In this document: positions 51,325-61,438 of the stretch, piece by piece
Position numbering within the stretch: position 1 is the stretch's first letter
How the letters are laid out: each line of letters begins with the position of its first letter
The notes under the pieces: model-generated
Database searches by the model: none
Seen by the model: the letters and a program-made list of their open reading frames with translations, nothing else
Told to the model about the DNA's origin: nothing
DNA from: Gammaproteobacteria bacterium
GTDB lineage: Bacteria > Pseudomonadota > Gammaproteobacteria > Eutrophobiales > Eutrophobiaceae
Direction: 5' to 3'
DNA length: 64,000 nt
Assembly (NCBI GenBank): GCA_963422205.2
Contig: CAXMWX010000001.1
Span: forward strand, 160,001 to 224,000
Program-made: the position numbers and the translations under genes

Positions 51325-52806
51325 TTATAACACGGGCGAATCAATGATCTGGTATTCGACCAGCTGATCGCCCGGCTTGGCTTGCTCCTGGGTTAATTGC
51401 ACCAGGACGTTATAGTATTTGCGTATGTTTTTCACGAACTGCACCGGTTCATGTCCCCGGGCATAGCCGTATCGGGTTTGTGCATACCATGACTTTTTGC
51501 TCAGCAAGGGCAGGTGCGTTTTCACCGCATCCCATGAATCCGGATCAGCGCCCTGTTTTTGCGTCAGCACCCGCGCATCCTCCAGATGGCCAAAGCCGAC
51601 ATTATAGGCCGCTAACATGAACCACGTCCGATCCGGCTCGCCGATGCGGGCGGGGATTTTCTCTGCCAACTGCCGCAGGTAGTTTGCACCGCCCTGGATG
51701 CTTTGTTGTGCATCCAGTCGGTCTGTCACGCCGACGTGTCGGGCTGTGGCCCGGGTGAGCATCATGATCCCTCTGACCCCGGTGGCCGAGCGCGCCATCG
51801 GATCCCAGTGTGACTCCTGATAACTCAGGGCAGCGAGCAGGCGCCAGTCGAAGGCAAACTCCGCCGCCGCCGCCTGGAACAAAGGTTTAAGCTCACGCAA
51901 CCGCCGGTGGTAGCGATCGATAAATTTGCGCGAGTCCACATAATCGAAAAATTCAACAGGGCCGTAGAATTGCTGTATCAACTCGGCCAGCCTGCCGTCA
52001 GCCGTTATTTTTTGATAGAACTGCTGTACCGATTGCAGCAGGGAGTCATCGTGGTCTTCCAGCTTCAACAGCCAGCTTAAGGGTTGTTGTGAAGAGATAT
52101 CAAATGCGGTTCGGATCTCCGGGTTCAGCAGCCTGGCATGGGCAAGTTCATTGGAATAGGCAACGGTGTAGCGGATCTCGCCTCTCTCCACCATCTGCAA
52201 TAATTCGTAGGTACTCTTGTCAGGATGTATCTCCCAGGCCAGAGTGGGATATCGCCGGCGGTATTGCTCAAGGACGGCGCTTTGCAGCATCCCTTCGGAC
52301 AGGTGCAGTATATGCGGATACATCTCCCCCAGGTTGTGCGGTTTGCTCTGGCCGTTGCGATACACCACCTGCTTTGTGACCCATTGATAACCGGGACCAA
52401 ACACCAGTCGTTGATCATTGTCTGTCGGGTGAATCATGCCAACGGCGGCCAGATCGGCCTGGTTTGTGCTGATAAGCTGCGCTATATCGGCTGTGTTATT
52501 GACGATGACAAGTTCATAATCAACGCCAAGCTCCCGGGCGAATCTGCTCAACAATTCATACTCCAGGCCAGTCTCGCCGTCTTTGTCGATGTAGTATGTG
52601 CTGGGGGCAAGACGGGTGATCACCCGGATCACGCCGGCCTCCTGTATCGCCTCAAGGTGTGTGCGTTTGTCAGCGCAGGCCGATAAAACAAATACGCATA
52701 ACAGGCTGGCTGCCCTGCTGATGACCGGCGGGTATCGCAAGTGGTGCGCTCTGTTCACCGGGTTTACAGGGCGGCGGTGCGGCCTGGATTTAAAGTGGCC
52801 ATGCAA
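51325..52806 (-). CDS. mltF: Membrane-bound lytic murein transglycosylase F
   Basis: SBP domain (GLEYEL) plus SLT domain (YQESHW, GIMML, AAYNVG, YGYARG). The start codon is uncertain. Confidence 0.92.
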   Translation of the reverse strand: MHGHFKSRPHRRPVNPVNRAHHLRYPPVISRAASLLCVFVLSACADKRTHLEAIQEAGVIRVITRLAPSTYYIDKDGETGLEYELLSRFARELGVDYELVIVNNTADIAQLISTNQADLAAVGMIHPTDNDQRLVFGPGYQWVTKQVVYRNGQSKPHNLGEMYPHILHLSEGMLQSAVLEQYRRRYPTLAWEIHPDKSTYELLQMVERGEIRYTVAYSNELAHARLLNPEIRTAFDISSQQPLSWLLKLEDHDDSLLQSVQQFYQKITADGRLAELIQQFYGPVEFFDYVDSRKFIDRYHRRLRELKPLFQAAAAEFAFDWRLLAALSYQESHWDPMARSATGVRGIMMLTRATARHVGVTDRLDAQQSIQGGANYLRQLAEKIPARIGEPDRTWFMLAAYNVGFGHLEDARVLTQKQGADPDSWDAVKTHLPLLSKKSWYAQTRYGYARGHEPVQFVKNIRKYYNVLVQLTQEQAKPGDQLVEYQIIDSPVL

Positions 52807-52874
52807 TCCTCACTGGGCGACTCTCACTGGGCAATCCTCACCGGGCGGCTCTCACTGGGCGATGCTCATCGCCC
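52803..52874. repeat. Imperfect 14-bp tandem repeat (about 5 units) ending in a hairpin
   Basis: GCAATCCTCACTGG GCGACTCTCACTGG GCAATCCTCACCGG GCGGCTCTCACTGG GCGATGCTCATCGC; GGGCGATG-CT-CATCGCCC at 52857-52874. Confidence 0.8.
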
Positions 52875-52948
52875 AAGCAGCGCTTGCGTGAAGAGGGTGC
52901 GGCAAGAAGAGGCTCAAATAACAAACAGCGCACCATGCGGGTTGGGTA

Positions 52949-53947
52949 TTATTTACGCACCAGCAGTAATGAATAATATTCGTTGCCGGGTTGAAAGTGT
53001 GCTATCCGGGTGAAGCCCGCCGCCGTCAGCATCTGCTCCAATTCGTGATAGGCAAACTTGTGGCTCAACTCCGTGAGTATTTGCTCGCCTGCCTGCAACT
53101 CAATGGTCTCATCCAGCGCTTGCAGGGTGATGGTTTGGGTGATCAGCGAGACAAGATACATCTCAATGCGGTTCAGCTCGGTGTTATACAGGGCCTTATG
53201 GGAGAAATTGTCCACGGCAAAATCGGCGCCCAATTCCCGGTTCAACACGCATAACAGGTTCAGGTTGAATCTGGCAGTCACGCCCCGGGCATCATTATAG
53301 GCACAGTGCAGGGTGTTGGTATCCTTGATGCGATCAGCCCCTAACAGAAAGTGATCATCGGTATTCATGCAGTGGTAGACTTCATTAAGAAAACGCCTCG
53401 CCTCGGTGCGGGCAAAGTTGCCAATCGTGCCGCCGAGAAACAGATACAGGCGTGAACCGTAAAAGTCAGGCAGGTTATCAAGGCCGGCATGATAATCGCC
53501 GAGCATGGGCGTAATCCTCAGCCAGTCATAGTGGGTTTTCAGCGTGTGCGCCGCTTCATGCAGGGCCGGCTCACAGACATCAAACGGCGCATAATCACAG
53601 GCATGGGTCTGCTCTTCACAGGCATCAAACAAGTGCTTGGTCTTGGCCGAACTGCCGCTGCCGAACTCGATAATTTTATCCGGTCGTGCCCGGGAGATGA
53701 TCGCCGGGCTGTGTTCAAGCAGCAGATTGTCTTCCGTGCGGGTCGGGTAGTATTCTGTGGTCTGACAGATCTCCTGAAACAATTTGGCACCGGTATCATC
53801 ATAAAAATATTTCGGCGGCAGCGCTCTTGGTGCGGTCAACAGGCCGCTGCGGGCATCTTCAAGCAGGCCCGGTAGTTCTCTGGATGGTTTAACGTGAAAC
53901 ACGCCCGCCGAATCGGCAGGCTGAAGCGCATCTGCGTAAAATTGCAT
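52949..53947 (-). CDS. egtD: L-histidine N-alpha-methyltransferase
   Basis: LPPKYFYD..G..LF, EYYPTRTE, EFGSGS, TIGNF, AYND..GVTA.FN, RIEMYL, TELSHK. Confidence 0.9.
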   Translation of the reverse strand: MQFYADALQPADSAGVFHVKPSRELPGLLEDARSGLLTAPRALPPKYFYDDTGAKLFQEICQTTEYYPTRTEDNLLLEHSPAIISRARPDKIIEFGSGSSAKTKHLFDACEEQTHACDYAPFDVCEPALHEAAHTLKTHYDWLRITPMLGDYHAGLDNLPDFYGSRLYLFLGGTIGNFARTEARRFLNEVYHCMNTDDHFLLGADRIKDTNTLHCAYNDARGVTARFNLNLLCVLNRELGADFAVDNFSHKALYNTELNRIEMYLVSLITQTITLQALDETIELQAGEQILTELSHKFAYHELEQMLTAAGFTRIAHFQPGNEYYSLLLVRK

Positions 53948-54073
53948 TATGATTAATGTTTATTTCCTGACGGCGACACACTACCATTTAGCGCTGGCTG
54001 TTTGCAACCAGCCAACACCGGCAAAAGCCGGGTTCACGCATGCCGCCATGCCGGTTCATGTCAGGAGAGCGCA

Positions 54074-56731
54074 ATGACTACCCAGAGCATCGATCAGTAT
54101 CTTGATAAGCGTTACACGGTGGTTACCGCAACCAACCGGCTGGCCAGATACTTTCGCCATCGTTATGCTGAAAGACAGGCCGAGAAGGGCAGGCAGAGTT
54201 GGGAGTCTGCCGATGTTTTGCCGTGGAGCGCCTGGTTGCAGCGCCTGTGGGAGCAGCACAATCTGCATCACGGGCAGGCGTTTTTGCTGCTCAATCCATA
54301 CCAGCAGAAACTGATCTGGCAAGCTGTCATTCAAGCCTCGGCATACAGCCGCAACATCCTGCATGTCGATGCCCTGGTGAGCGAGGCAATGGCCAGTTAT
54401 GCCCTGTGCAAGGCATGGCATATTCCGGTGTTTCCGAGCGGTTACTATTTGAATGATGATGCCCATGCCTTTAAGACCTGGCTGGCATCGTATGCACAAA
54501 AGCTACAGCACAAACGCTGGCTTGACGTGGAAACGCTGCCGGATTTTTTGCTCGAACACGGCATGAGCAGGCAGCATGGCAATAACACCGTTTTCTCCGG
54601 TTTTGATTTTATCACCGCCCAGCAGCAGGCAATCATACAGGCGCTGCACACTCTGGGGCTGACGGTGCTTATCGATACCCCGCCCGCAATCAACCAGAGT
54701 GCCGGGTACATGGATTTTCCTGACACCGATACGGAAATGACGGCGGCGGCCAGTTATGCACGGCAGGTTGCTGCCGCCGGGCAAGGGCAGAGGATAGGGA
54801 TCATCGTACCGAATCTGGCCGAGGATCGGGAAGCGATTATCCGTATTTTCCAGCGCGTGTTGCAGCCTGCCAGCCTGCTGACAGATCACGGCGATGACAG
54901 TGCTGTGTTTACTATCTCACTCGGCAAGCCGCTGCAAGACTATGCGCTGGTGCAAGCCGCATTGACCGTGCTGGCACTGGCCCGGCGGCAGGTGTATTTT
55001 TCTGATGTCAGCCGATTGCTGCATTCGCCCTACATCGCTGGTGCAGAAAAAGAAGCGGTAGCACGCGCCGGGCTGGAGTATGAATTACGCCGTCATGGCG
55101 AGCGGGTATGGTATAAGGATACGCTGCTGCACAGGCTGGGACAGGCGGCTGGCAAGGAAAATCATGCGCCGGATTTTATCCAGAGATTAAGCGCCATGGA
55201 GTCCGCCATGCTGGCCTGTTCGGGCAGGCATCGTCTTGCAGATTGGGTCGGGTTGTTTTCGCGCCTGCTGGATAGTGCCGGCTGGCCGGGTGAGCGGGAG
55301 TTAAGCAGCGAGGAGTACCAGCTGGTCAATGCCTGGCATGAGCGGGTGGCAACGTTGACCAGCCTGGATCACCTGCTGGGTGAAATCGATTATGCACAGG
55401 CCATCTTGCAGCTAACTCGCATCATCAATGCCACCCGGTTTCAGCCGGAGACAGCCGAGTCGGGCATCCAGGTGTTGAACATCACCTCGGCCGCCGCCAT
55501 GCAGTTTGATCATCTCTGGATAACCGGCCTGCATGATGCCGCCTGGCCGCCTGTGATGGGAAATTACCCGTTTATCCCGGCCAGACTGCGCGCCGAATCA
55601 GCCATGCCTTTTGCCGATACAGCCCGGCATTATGATTATACCAAAGCACTGTTAAAGTCGCTGGTCAGCTCCGCCCGGCATGTTGTGTTGAGTTTTGCAC
55701 ACCGGGAAAAAGACAGTGTACGAAGCCCCAGCCCGCTGCTGAAAGACCATGCCCGGCGTGATCAGGATTGTCTGGTGCTGGCCGAGGATGTGCGGCAGTC
55801 AATCCGCCGGGCAGCGGAGTTGGAGCAGATAGAGGATATGGCCTGTCATGTGCTGCCATCGACAGAGATCAGCGGCGGGGCGGGTATCTTCACCGATCAG
55901 GCCAAGTGTCCATTTCGCGCATTTGCCAAACATCGCCTTCATGCAGACAGCCTGCCTGAATTGACTGTTGGACTTGATCGTATGCAGAGAGGCTCGCTGG
56001 TGCACCTGGCCATGGAATTGTTCTGGGGCGAGATAGAATCACAGCAGAATTTACAGCAACTGACCCCGGCAGAGCAGCAGATGTACGTGCAGCGCTGTGT
56101 TGATCAGGCCATTGAACAGACGCTGGACAGGCAGCCGGCCATCGTCAATGCGAACTTCATGCAGGTTGAAGGCCAGCGCCTGGCCGCCCTGCTGAACGAG
56201 TGGCTGGAGTATGAAAAAACCCGCACCCCGTTCATCGTCAAGGCCACCGAAAGCCGACAGACGGCGCAGATAGGGAATATCCGCTGCAAGATGCGCCTGG
56301 ATCGGATCGATGCGTTGGCCGATGGAAGCGAGATCATCCTCGATTACAAAACCGGCCAGGTCAATAAGGCAAACTGGTTTGATGAGCGGCCCGCCGACCC
56401 GCAACTGCCTGTCTATGCTGTCAGTCATGGCGAGCCGCTGGCCGCCGTGGCCTATGCCCATGTCAGGCAGGGCGAATGCCGGTTCAGCGGTGTCAGCCGA
56501 TCAGCACACCTGCTGCCGGGTGTCGATGCCCTGACCGCATCTGACACGGCGGCCAACGGCGAGCGACCATCCTGGCCGGGGCAGTTGGATCACTGGCGGG
56601 AGATCATCCACCAACTGGCGCATGAGTTTCAGCAGGGCGTGGCCGAGGTTAAGCCGTTACATTCCGAGGTCTGCCGTTATTGCGACCTGCCGACCCTGTG
56701 CCGCATCCGTGAGGTAATGGCAGAAGAATGA
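54074..56731 (+). CDS. AddB-like DNA repair protein (inactive helicase fold plus PD-(D/E)XK nuclease)
   Basis: C-terminal RLDRID..ILDYKTG..QLPVY; Fe-S cysteines in CPF and CRYCDLPTLCR; AGGAG RBS before ATG 54074. Confidence 0.85.
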   Translation: MTTQSIDQYLDKRYTVVTATNRLARYFRHRYAERQAEKGRQSWESADVLPWSAWLQRLWEQHNLHHGQAFLLLNPYQQKLIWQAVIQASAYSRNILHVDALVSEAMASYALCKAWHIPVFPSGYYLNDDAHAFKTWLASYAQKLQHKRWLDVETLPDFLLEHGMSRQHGNNTVFSGFDFITAQQQAIIQALHTLGLTVLIDTPPAINQSAGYMDFPDTDTEMTAAASYARQVAAAGQGQRIGIIVPNLAEDREAIIRIFQRVLQPASLLTDHGDDSAVFTISLGKPLQDYALVQAALTVLALARRQVYFSDVSRLLHSPYIAGAEKEAVARAGLEYELRRHGERVWYKDTLLHRLGQAAGKENHAPDFIQRLSAMESAMLACSGRHRLADWVGLFSRLLDSAGWPGERELSSEEYQLVNAWHERVATLTSLDHLLGEIDYAQAILQLTRIINATRFQPETAESGIQVLNITSAAAMQFDHLWITGLHDAAWPPVMGNYPFIPARLRAESAMPFADTARHYDYTKALLKSLVSSARHVVLSFAHREKDSVRSPSPLLKDHARRDQDCLVLAEDVRQSIRRAAELEQIEDMACHVLPSTEISGGAGIFTDQAKCPFRAFAKHRLHADSLPELTVGLDRMQRGSLVHLAMELFWGEIESQQNLQQLTPAEQQMYVQRCVDQAIEQTLDRQPAIVNANFMQVEGQRLAALLNEWLEYEKTRTPFIVKATESRQTAQIGNIRCKMRLDRIDALADGSEIILDYKTGQVNKANWFDERPADPQLPVYAVSHGEPLAAVAYAHVRQGECRFSGVSRSAHLLPGVDALTASDTAANGERPSWPGQLDHWREIIHQLAHEFQQGVAEVKPLHSEVCRYCDLPTLCRIREVMAEE

Positions 56732-59700
56732 CGCTGCCGCCTGCCGCCCTGCCCACCGATAACGAGGCGCGCTCATCAGCGATCCGGCCCGGACGCTCTT
56801 TTATCGTCCAGGCACCGGCCGGCTCTGGCAAGACCGAGTTGCTGATCCAGCGCTATCTCGCCTTGCTCGCCACGGTTGATCATCCCGAGGAGGTCATCGC
56901 CGTGACCTTCACGCGCAAGGCGGCCACCGAGATGCAACAGCGCATACTGGCGGCACTCACCGCGGCGGTGTCGGCACAGGCGCCAACGACAGCACATGCA
57001 CACCGAACGTACACGCTCGCCCTTGCGGTCATGGAAAAAAGCCGGCAGGGCGACTGGCACATTATTGATAATCCGGGGCGGCTGAGGATACAAACCATCG
57101 ATTCTTTATGTGCCTATCTGACGAGGCAGATGCCTGTTCTCTCGCAACACGGCGGCCGGGTAAAGACCGTGGAAGATACGGGGGCGCTGTATGAAGAGGC
57201 GGCGATCAACACGCTCAGTACCATTTTATCGGCTGATTTTTATTCCGATACGTTTCAGCACCTGCTGTTACATCTGGATAATGATCTGCCCAGATTGGCA
57301 TCCCTGTTACAGGACATGCTCGGCCAGCGCGATCAGTGGTCACGTTATCTCTCTGCTGCTGGCAACCGCCAGGAGTTGCAACACGCCATCGGGGTGCTGG
57401 TGGAGGAGAGGTTGCGACAGGTGGCTGCTTTATTTCCGCAGGATTGTGTGGCCGACTTGCTGGCCCTGCTGGATTATGCCGCCGGGAAGTTAGCCAGCCA
57501 GGGCGATGATACGCTAGTGCCCTGCCAGGGCCTGGCGGCATTGCCCGGCAGCGAGATCGGTGATCTGGCGGCATGGCAGGGTATTGCCGATTTTCTACTG
57601 ACCCGGAAAGGTGGCTGGCGGGTGCAAGTGGACAAGCGTCAGGGCTTCCCATCTCCGGCGGAGAACCAGGCGGAGGCGGTGCTGCGAAAAGAAAAGAAGG
57701 CCGCCATGAAGGCACTGCTGCTGGCCTTGCATGAGAAGTCTGAACTTGCTGCCCTGTTGGGTGATGTCCGATTACTGCCTGCCCCTGAGTACAGCGATGC
57801 AGAATGGCGGGCGGTTGATGGCCTGTGCGAGTTGCTGAAAATAGCCAGTGCCGAGCTAAAAGTGCTCTTCTCCACTAGCGGTGAGTCGGATTTCATCGGC
57901 ATCGCCGAGGCCGCCATGAATGCGCTGGGTACGCCGGATGAACCCACCGATCTGGCCTTGTATCTGGATTATCAGGTGAAGCATATTCTGGTGGATGAGT
58001 TTCAGGATATTTCAGTCAATCAGTTCCGGCTGGTGGAGGCGCTGGTGGCCGGCTGGCAGGCCGATGATGGCCGGACATTATTTCTTGTCGGCGATCCCAT
58101 GCAGTCTATTTATGGCTTCAGAGAGGCCGAGGTCGGGCAGTTTATCTCAACGTTTCACCGCCGCCGCCTGGGCGATGTTGCCCTGACCGCATTGCGGTTA
58201 AGCTGTAATTTTCGCTCCCAACCCCGGATCATCGACTGGATTAATCACAGTTTTACTAGCGTATTCCCGGCATACGATGATGTGGCGGTCGGGGCGGTTA
58301 AGTTCAGTCCCTCAACGATGCTGGAGGAGGCGCCAGCCGGGATGGTTAAGGTGTATCCGTATCAGTCCGGCCAACACGCCGCAGAAGCACAACAGACCGC
58401 CGATATTATCCAGACCATCCGGGCCGAACATCCAGCCGACAGCATTGCCCTGCTGGTCAGGAGCCGCCGTCATCTTGGCGATATCCTGCCGCTGTTACGA
58501 GATGCGGGGGTGACCTATCAGGCGATTGATATTGATGCCCTGGGCGAGCAGCCGTACATACAGGATGTATTCGCCTTGACCCGGGCCTATTTATACCCGG
58601 CTGATCGCCTGGCCTGGTTATCCGTTTTAAGGGCGCCCTGGTGCGGCTTGCCGCTGGATGATCTGTTTACCATCGTCCATGCCGCTAACAGTCAATCAAC
58701 GGGCCGATCCCTGTGGCACTGTTGCCAGCAGGTGCTCGATGATGAGGTGCTTGAGGGCAGCGCCCGGCAGCGGCTGGCCGCCCTGGTGGCTGCCTTTGCC
58801 CCCGTGCTGTCCAATCGGCAAAGACACAGCGTAAGGCACAGCGTTGAGTCCATCTGGTGTCGCCTGGGTGGCCCGGCCACCTTGACCCACGCCGCCCAGC
58901 TCGACAATGTCGAAGCCTTCTTCCGGCTGATTGCCAGCCTGGATAAGGCCGGCCGTATTGATGACATAGGCCTGCTGGAGCGAAAAACAGCCGCCCTGTA
59001 CGCCTTGCCGGACAGTCATGGCGAACAAAACCCGGTGCAGGTGATGACCATGCACAAGTCCAAAGGACTGGAATTTGATCATGTGGTGTTGCCGCAACTA
59101 GGCCGTAAGCCCAAGGCACGCCAGAGCGCCCTGTTGCTGTGGATGCTGCACCCCGATCACTCAGGCCATGCTCACCTGCTGTTATCCCCGATCGCACCAA
59201 TCGGGCGGAACGACCAGGGGCCGGGCCGGTTGTATCGTTATCTGGCGATGATCAAAAAACGCAAGGCCGAGCATGAGGCCGCCCGTCTGCTGTATGTGGC
59301 CGCCACCCGGGCCAGGTGCTCGCTGCATCTGCTGGGGCAGGCCAAATCGGTAACGACCAGCGAGGCAGAGCAGGCGTATAACCCCCCGTCCGGCTCCTTG
59401 CTGGCACATCTGTGGCCAGCGGTGGCCGATCAATTTGCTCATGTTGCCGGGGAGGGGGATCAGCGCCCGCCCGCCGCCTCGCCGCCTGCCGCCCCGCACT
59501 GTCTGACACGGCTGCCTGCCAACTGGCAACTACCGGCTATCGACATACCGATCACGCCCCGCCAGCGGCGGCATGATCATCCGCTGGATTATCCTGAGCT
59601 GGTGATACACTTTGATTGGGCGGGGGAGACGATCAAGCATGTCGGTACCGTGGCGCACCGTTATCTGGCACAGATATCGGACGTGCCAGAGCCACGCCTT

Positions 59701-60150
59701 GGCGGCAGTCCGGCGCTTGCCGCCTCGATCCGTCACGGCCTGCTGCAAGCCGGTGTCAAGGCGAGCGAAGTCAGCCGGGCAGGTGAGTTAGTGCTGACGG
59801 CGCTGCATAACATACAAACCGACGAGCGAGGCCGCTGGCTGTTTTGTCGAACACACACACAGGCCAGCAATGAATATGCTTTGAGCGGCATGGTCGCCGG
59901 CCAGGTCATGCATGTTGTGATGGATAGAACCTTTATCGACAAGGCGGGCTGTCGCTGGATTATTGATTACAAGATCAGCCGACACGAAGGCGATGATCGG
60001 GAGAGTTTTCTTGATCATGAACTGGACAGATACCGGCACAAGATGGCGCTTTACGCCCGCATCATGGCCGGTCTGGAACAACGGCCAACCCGGCTTGGCC
60101 TGTATTTTCCCCTGCTAAAGGGCTGGCGGTGCTGGCAGTTCACCGGCTGA
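56728..60150 (+). CDS. AddA-like UvrD helicase-nuclease
   Basis: QAPAGSGKT, VDEFQD, VGDPMQSIY.FR, MTMHKSKGLEF, LLYVAATRA, C-terminal WIIDYK; overlaps the addB-like gene. Confidence 0.9.
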   Translation: MTLPPAALPTDNEARSSAIRPGRSFIVQAPAGSGKTELLIQRYLALLATVDHPEEVIAVTFTRKAATEMQQRILAALTAAVSAQAPTTAHAHRTYTLALAVMEKSRQGDWHIIDNPGRLRIQTIDSLCAYLTRQMPVLSQHGGRVKTVEDTGALYEEAAINTLSTILSADFYSDTFQHLLLHLDNDLPRLASLLQDMLGQRDQWSRYLSAAGNRQELQHAIGVLVEERLRQVAALFPQDCVADLLALLDYAAGKLASQGDDTLVPCQGLAALPGSEIGDLAAWQGIADFLLTRKGGWRVQVDKRQGFPSPAENQAEAVLRKEKKAAMKALLLALHEKSELAALLGDVRLLPAPEYSDAEWRAVDGLCELLKIASAELKVLFSTSGESDFIGIAEAAMNALGTPDEPTDLALYLDYQVKHILVDEFQDISVNQFRLVEALVAGWQADDGRTLFLVGDPMQSIYGFREAEVGQFISTFHRRRLGDVALTALRLSCNFRSQPRIIDWINHSFTSVFPAYDDVAVGAVKFSPSTMLEEAPAGMVKVYPYQSGQHAAEAQQTADIIQTIRAEHPADSIALLVRSRRHLGDILPLLRDAGVTYQAIDIDALGEQPYIQDVFALTRAYLYPADRLAWLSVLRAPWCGLPLDDLFTIVHAANSQSTGRSLWHCCQQVLDDEVLEGSARQRLAALVAAFAPVLSNRQRHSVRHSVESIWCRLGGPATLTHAAQLDNVEAFFRLIASLDKAGRIDDIGLLERKTAALYALPDSHGEQNPVQVMTMHKSKGLEFDHVVLPQLGRKPKARQSALLLWMLHPDHSGHAHLLLSPIAPIGRNDQGPGRLYRYLAMIKKRKAEHEAARLLYVAATRARCSLHLLGQAKSVTTSEAEQAYNPPSGSLLAHLWPAVADQFAHVAGEGDQRPPAASPPAAPHCLTRLPANWQLPAIDIPITPRQRRHDHPLDYPELVIHFDWAGETIKHVGTVAHRYLAQISDVPEPRLGGSPALAASIRHGLLQAGVKASEVSRAGELVLTALHNIQTDERGRWLFCRTHTQASNEYALSGMVAGQVMHVVMDRTFIDKAGCRWIIDYKISRHEGDDRESFLDHELDRYRHKMALYARIMAGLEQRPTRLGLYFPLLKGWRCWQFTG

Positions 60151-60211
60151 GGGGTGGAACCAGCGCCCGGTTAATCCAGATCAAACCGAAGGCAGATGCC
60201 CCTCGCCCGTG

Positions 60212-61183
60212 CTAGTGCATCTCCAGCGAATCGTGTTCTACCACATGCGCCAGCGCCTGTTCCATAAGAAAACGTGCCTGGCCGGTGATGTTGCCCAGAT
60301 AGCTGTGCAACTGCTTGTCCCGGTCATCCAGGCTCTCGCACTCGCCGCTGTAGATTTCAAACTCGACCAGCTTTTTGATGATGCCAACCAGATGCAGCGG
60401 GCATTCACAGCCGACGATATTGGCCTTGTCGGTGAGCTGGGTGAGTTGCTCATTGGTATAAAGCCTTGCCTGGCTGGCCGACCCGGTCGCCACCGTCCGG
60501 TGATTTCGCCGCTGATGGGCATCCCGCAGGCTGTCTATCAACTCAAACAGGCTGTCCACAGAAACGGGCGCCTGCTTGCAGATGGTCACTTGTTGCATCA
60601 GTTGCTGTAGCAGTCTCTCCTTGGTGAAACCGTAGATCACAATGAATTTGGCGCGCTCATTTAATCGTTGCAGGTGCCCGATCTCATCCAGGGTGGTGGC
60701 CTGGATGCTGGGATATTCCAGCACAATAATGTCTGCTGTTTCTTTGCCGATGGCCGCCTTGAACTCTGCCAGGGAGCGGCTGGCGATGATGAACTCATAG
60801 TCAGGCGACTCATCCTCATCCGGTAATTGCAGCGGCAGAAATTGCCCATAAACAGCGACCTTGACGGTGTTGGTATTCTGCTCGGTATGATAGGCCGAGG
60901 TCTTGAATTGCCGCATCAAATACAGGCGCTGGGATAACTCTTCCAGGCTGAGACGGGCGATCCGGCCGATGGCATCCCCCCGGTCAACCAGGGTCTTGAG
61001 AATGGAAAGGCGGTTGATCTGCGCGCTGTTATACAGGCGATGGCTGCCTTGCTCTCTTGCTGGCGTGACAACGCTGTAACGTCGCTCCCAAATTCGCAAG
61101 GTATCCACCGAAATCCCGGTCAGGCGTGAGACGGCACCGATGCGGTACATCTGCTCTGTGCAATGTGCGGCTGGTTTTGACAT
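60212..61183 (-). CDS. MerR-family regulator with a CarH/LitR-type HTH and a Cys/His-rich C-terminal domain
   Basis: YRIGAVSRLTGISVDTLRIWERRY...RLY; C-terminal CECPLHL; strong AAGGAGG RBS. Confidence 0.85.
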   Translation of the reverse strand: MSKPAAHCTEQMYRIGAVSRLTGISVDTLRIWERRYSVVTPAREQGSHRLYNSAQINRLSILKTLVDRGDAIGRIARLSLEELSQRLYLMRQFKTSAYHTEQNTNTVKVAVYGQFLPLQLPDEDESPDYEFIIASRSLAEFKAAIGKETADIIVLEYPSIQATTLDEIGHLQRLNERAKFIVIYGFTKERLLQQLMQQVTICKQAPVSVDSLFELIDSLRDAHQRRNHRTVATGSASQARLYTNEQLTQLTDKANIVGCECPLHLVGIIKKLVEFEIYSGECESLDDRDKQLHSYLGNITGQARFLMEQALAHVVEHDSLEMH

Positions 61184-61438
61184 GTTTTCCTCCTTAATAT
61201 AGACTTAACATGGACAGTTTAACGGATAAAAATCTGCTTTATATCTCTGGCTAAACACACTTAACTGGTTAATAACTAATAAAAATATATTTTTTTATGG
61301 CCAAGCATCTGTTGTAGCCTGGCTTATTTATAGCTGAACGAATACTGTTTGTCTACAACAAAACATAAACGAAGGTAATAGTGTGTGTCTATTCGCTGGC
61401 AATGTCCACGAAATAAATCAAAACAAGCCGGTACAGCC

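Noticed and set aside
54074-60150. Helicase-nuclease pair as a new defence system
   Set aside because: Architecture, Fe-S cysteines and backbone-like composition fit an AddAB-type repair complex.
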